Part shown: one piece after another, positions 63,317 through 64,000 of the stretch
How positions within the stretch are numbered: position 1 is the stretch's first letter
Layout of the letters: every line of letters starts with the position of its first letter
Assembly (NCBI GenBank): GCA_965247455.1
Contig: CBDFHE010000016.1
Location: forward strand, 183,054 to 247,053
Source: Candidatus Acidiferrales bacterium
GTDB lineage: Bacteria; Acidobacteriota; Terriglobia; Acidiferrales; 2-02-FULL-67-57
DNA: 64,000 nt
Direction of reading: 5' to 3'
The notes under the pieces: generated by a model
Told to the model about the DNA's origin: nothing
The model's input: only the letters and a program-made list of their open reading frames with translations
Databases searched by the model: none
Position numbers and translations under genes: made by a program

Positions 63317-64000
63317 CTAATTTTTCAAGAAGCGGCGGAAGCTTTCGGGTCGCATCTCGTAGCCGAGGAACACGCTCCGCAGGTCGGTGGCGCCCAGATG
63401 GTGGACCAGAATTTCGCCCAACACATCACGGAAGTCGGTGGTCAGAGCCAAGTCGCGCCCTTCAAACAACTGTTTGCGCCCCAGCCCTGGCCAGTCGCCG
63501 TACACTTTACCGCCGCGCACTGGCCCGCCCACCACGAACAGCGCGTTGGCGTGGCCGTGGTCGGTGCCGCGGTTGCCGTTCTCGAACGCGGTGCGCCCGA
63601 ACTCAGAAAGCGTCACCAGCACCACATCTTCCATGCGGTCGCCTAAGTCGCGCACGAAGGCAGTGATGCCGCCGGCAAACTGCCGCACGCAGCAGGTTGG
63701 CGAGTTGGCCTTGCGCGCCCCCCTCGTTGACGTGGTGGTCCCAGCCGCCCACTTCGGCGAAGGCAATCTCCAGCCCGATACCCGATTTGATCAACTGCGC
63801 GATTTGGAGCACGGCCTGGCCGAACGGCCCCCGCGGATACTGGGTGCCGTTGGCCGGCTGGTACTGGGCCGGGTTCACCCGCTGCAACAGGTCCACCGCG
63901 TCAAAGGTCTCCCGCGCCGTCGGAGTCAGCAGCGGGTCGCTCGAAGCAGCGTAGAGTTCCTCCAACCCGCCCCGCACCAGTTCGGTGCGGCGCCCGGCCT
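63317..64000 (-). pseudogene. DUF1501 family protein, 3' part, frameshifted near 63688
   Basis: GGWDHH, SEFGRT, GTDHG, DFRDV; a 4-bp TGCG duplication shifts the frame. Confidence 0.8.

Overview
GC-rich bacterial chromosomal segment; gene content and REP types suggest an Acidobacteriota-like host (inference). The housekeeping backbone includes treT, sppA, fpr, metB-like, pgm, ftsB, thiG, fadD, hutU/hutI/ftcD, an Mla-type ABC system, gcvTHP, ilvE, aquaporin, pilT, recX, alaS, a lytic transglycosylase, an amidase, tRNA-fMet and tRNA-Thr. It has been hit by a recent IS expansion: five near-identical IS1380-family copies with 5-bp TSDs, two IS630, one IS1202/ISNCY with a 16-bp TSD and one decayed IS1595. 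Scattered frameshifts and motif substitutions are also present. Main observations: (1) removing three IS from an AT-rich island at 22.5-29.9 kb restores an in-frame three-gene operon of a Pol-beta-like nucleotidyltransferase, a TyrRS/TrpRS-like protein lacking HIGH/KMSKS, and a radical SAM enzyme, a combination I do not recognise; (2) 19-27 bp micro-elements sit at a fixed GC|C register in GC-rich REP/MITE hairpins, with empty and filled sites both in the window and one copy in-frame inside hutI; (3) an unlisted 59-aa, 9-Cys protein; (4) a promoter- and terminator-bounded small RNA candidate before tRNA-Thr; (5) an orphan AIPR gene on a decayed tRNA-Thr island; (6) a DnaA-box cluster at 13.3 kb. 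All family assignments are from motif recognition by eye; no searches were run.
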